Assembly: GCF_004010195.1 (NCBI RefSeq)
Contig: NC_057711.1
Span: 73,102,018 to 73,165,971 of the forward strand
Source of the DNA: Chiloscyllium plagiosum
Lineage: Eukaryota
Direction of reading: 5' to 3'
DNA length: 63,954 bases
The notes below the pieces were generated by a model. It was given only the letters and a program-made list of their open reading frames with translations. It was not told the DNA's origin and made no database searches. Positions 62,698 to 63,954 of this stretch are shown in pieces. Made by a program: the position numbers and the translations under genes. Numbering within the stretch: position 1 is the first letter of the stretch; each line of letters starts with the position of its first letter.

Positions 62698-63954
62698 GAC
62701 AGTGCTAGTCGGATGGAAGAAACTTCGCATGGAGCATAAAAATCAACTTAGACCTTTTGGATTAAATATCTTGTTTCTTCATTGTAAAGATTTGTATTAA
62801 TCTTATTGAAAATACCAAGACAATGTAATAATTTAATATTGTTATCATTTTGCTACCATTGCCTGTGAATTTATCATGTGCAGCACTTAATTATTTGATT
62901 CTGGTTTTTCTTTTTGCTATTTAGGTGTCTGCACAATATTTTACTATCTATTTTTGTACTTTTGATCATTATTTTTGTAACGCCTCCTAGCCATTTTAAC
63001 TGTTGCCTTAGTTTCTTTTTAATCTTGTATCCACTTTCATTATGCTCTTTTTGTTTATTTTCTTGGTGTGTTTTTTAATTTACCCATGTTCTGTCATCAG
63101 GGACTAATTTGTTTTATAACATCAACTTTCCAGTTTGTTGTTCCATTCTTGTTACCCCAAAAACAACTTCTTACCCCTTGCATTGGTCTTTATCTTAATC
63201 CAATGTGACACACTGTAGATAAATAAATAAATGAGGCAAAATTGAAACTAAAGAAAAAGTCATATATTAGAATATAAATAGAAAGGAGAGGGTGATAAAA
63301 GTGGGGCAAGTGGGGATTGATGTCATGTCTAGCAATGGGGAAAAGGGAGTCATGTCCAGTATTGGTGAAGGGGGATTGGGTCCTGGGCTTAAAATGAGGG
63401 TGTTGGGTCCCATAAAGAGAGGGAGAATATTGGGTCCAGAGTGGAGGCTGTTGAATTCCAGGAGGAGGGGGGTGGCTAGTCAAGGACTAGAGGGAGTTAG
63501 GTGTCTGGGGGAGAGGGGTGTAGCTGGGGATGTGTGAGCTAAGTTGGGGGAGGGTGTCAGTTGAATATTCTTTTACCTGTTATATTAGGTATTTAATAGT
63601 CTTCCCTCAGTAATTATTTATTTAAGTGCAGCAGAACCCACTACACCCCAAAATGAGATTATATGTTTGCATTGCTCCTGACTATCCATAATATTTATTT
63701 CGTCTATAGGTAGGACATTTATGGCAGGGTTTTCACCATTTTGAGTCCTCTTCCCAGATAACATTTCCAGTTTTTTTGAGAAATGCTAATAAACAGTACG
63801 GCGTTGCTGAAACATAATAATATCCTTCCAAATAGATCTTTAGTTAAATTACAGTTTCCACAGAAAAAAACAGATAGGATTAAGAAAATTTACTTCAGAA
63901 AATTCCCTATAATTAATACATAAGATAACAGAATTTGATGGAACCACTATAATT

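Overview
Eukaryotic genomic DNA, not prokaryotic. The HE1/V-SINE, CR1 (HER1-like) and Penelope repeat repertoire points to a shark or other elasmobranch (inference). Two host genes lie head-to-head, in the order known from other vertebrates: coding exons 1-3 of ALDH7A1 on the minus strand (the gene runs off the left edge) and a complete 5-exon PHAX on the plus strand (23727-40897, 412 aa after splicing). The rest is mostly decayed mobile DNA: many CR1 LINEs (some nested), an RTE LINE, Rex/Babar-like fragments, about 10 HE1-type SINEs, TA-flanked MITEs, a fossil PIF/Harbinger transposase and Penelope-like remnants. The most notable items are (i) fold-back mini-elements carrying minimal hammerhead-ribozyme motifs, two with 12-14 bp target duplications; (ii) a clean 479-bp solo LTR with a 5-bp TSD; and (iii) a polarised 29-bp tandem array fused to the 5' end of an ORF1-bearing CR1. 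There is one assembly gap (12149-12780). Family assignments come from recognising motifs by eye; no database search was run, and repeat boundaries are approximate.
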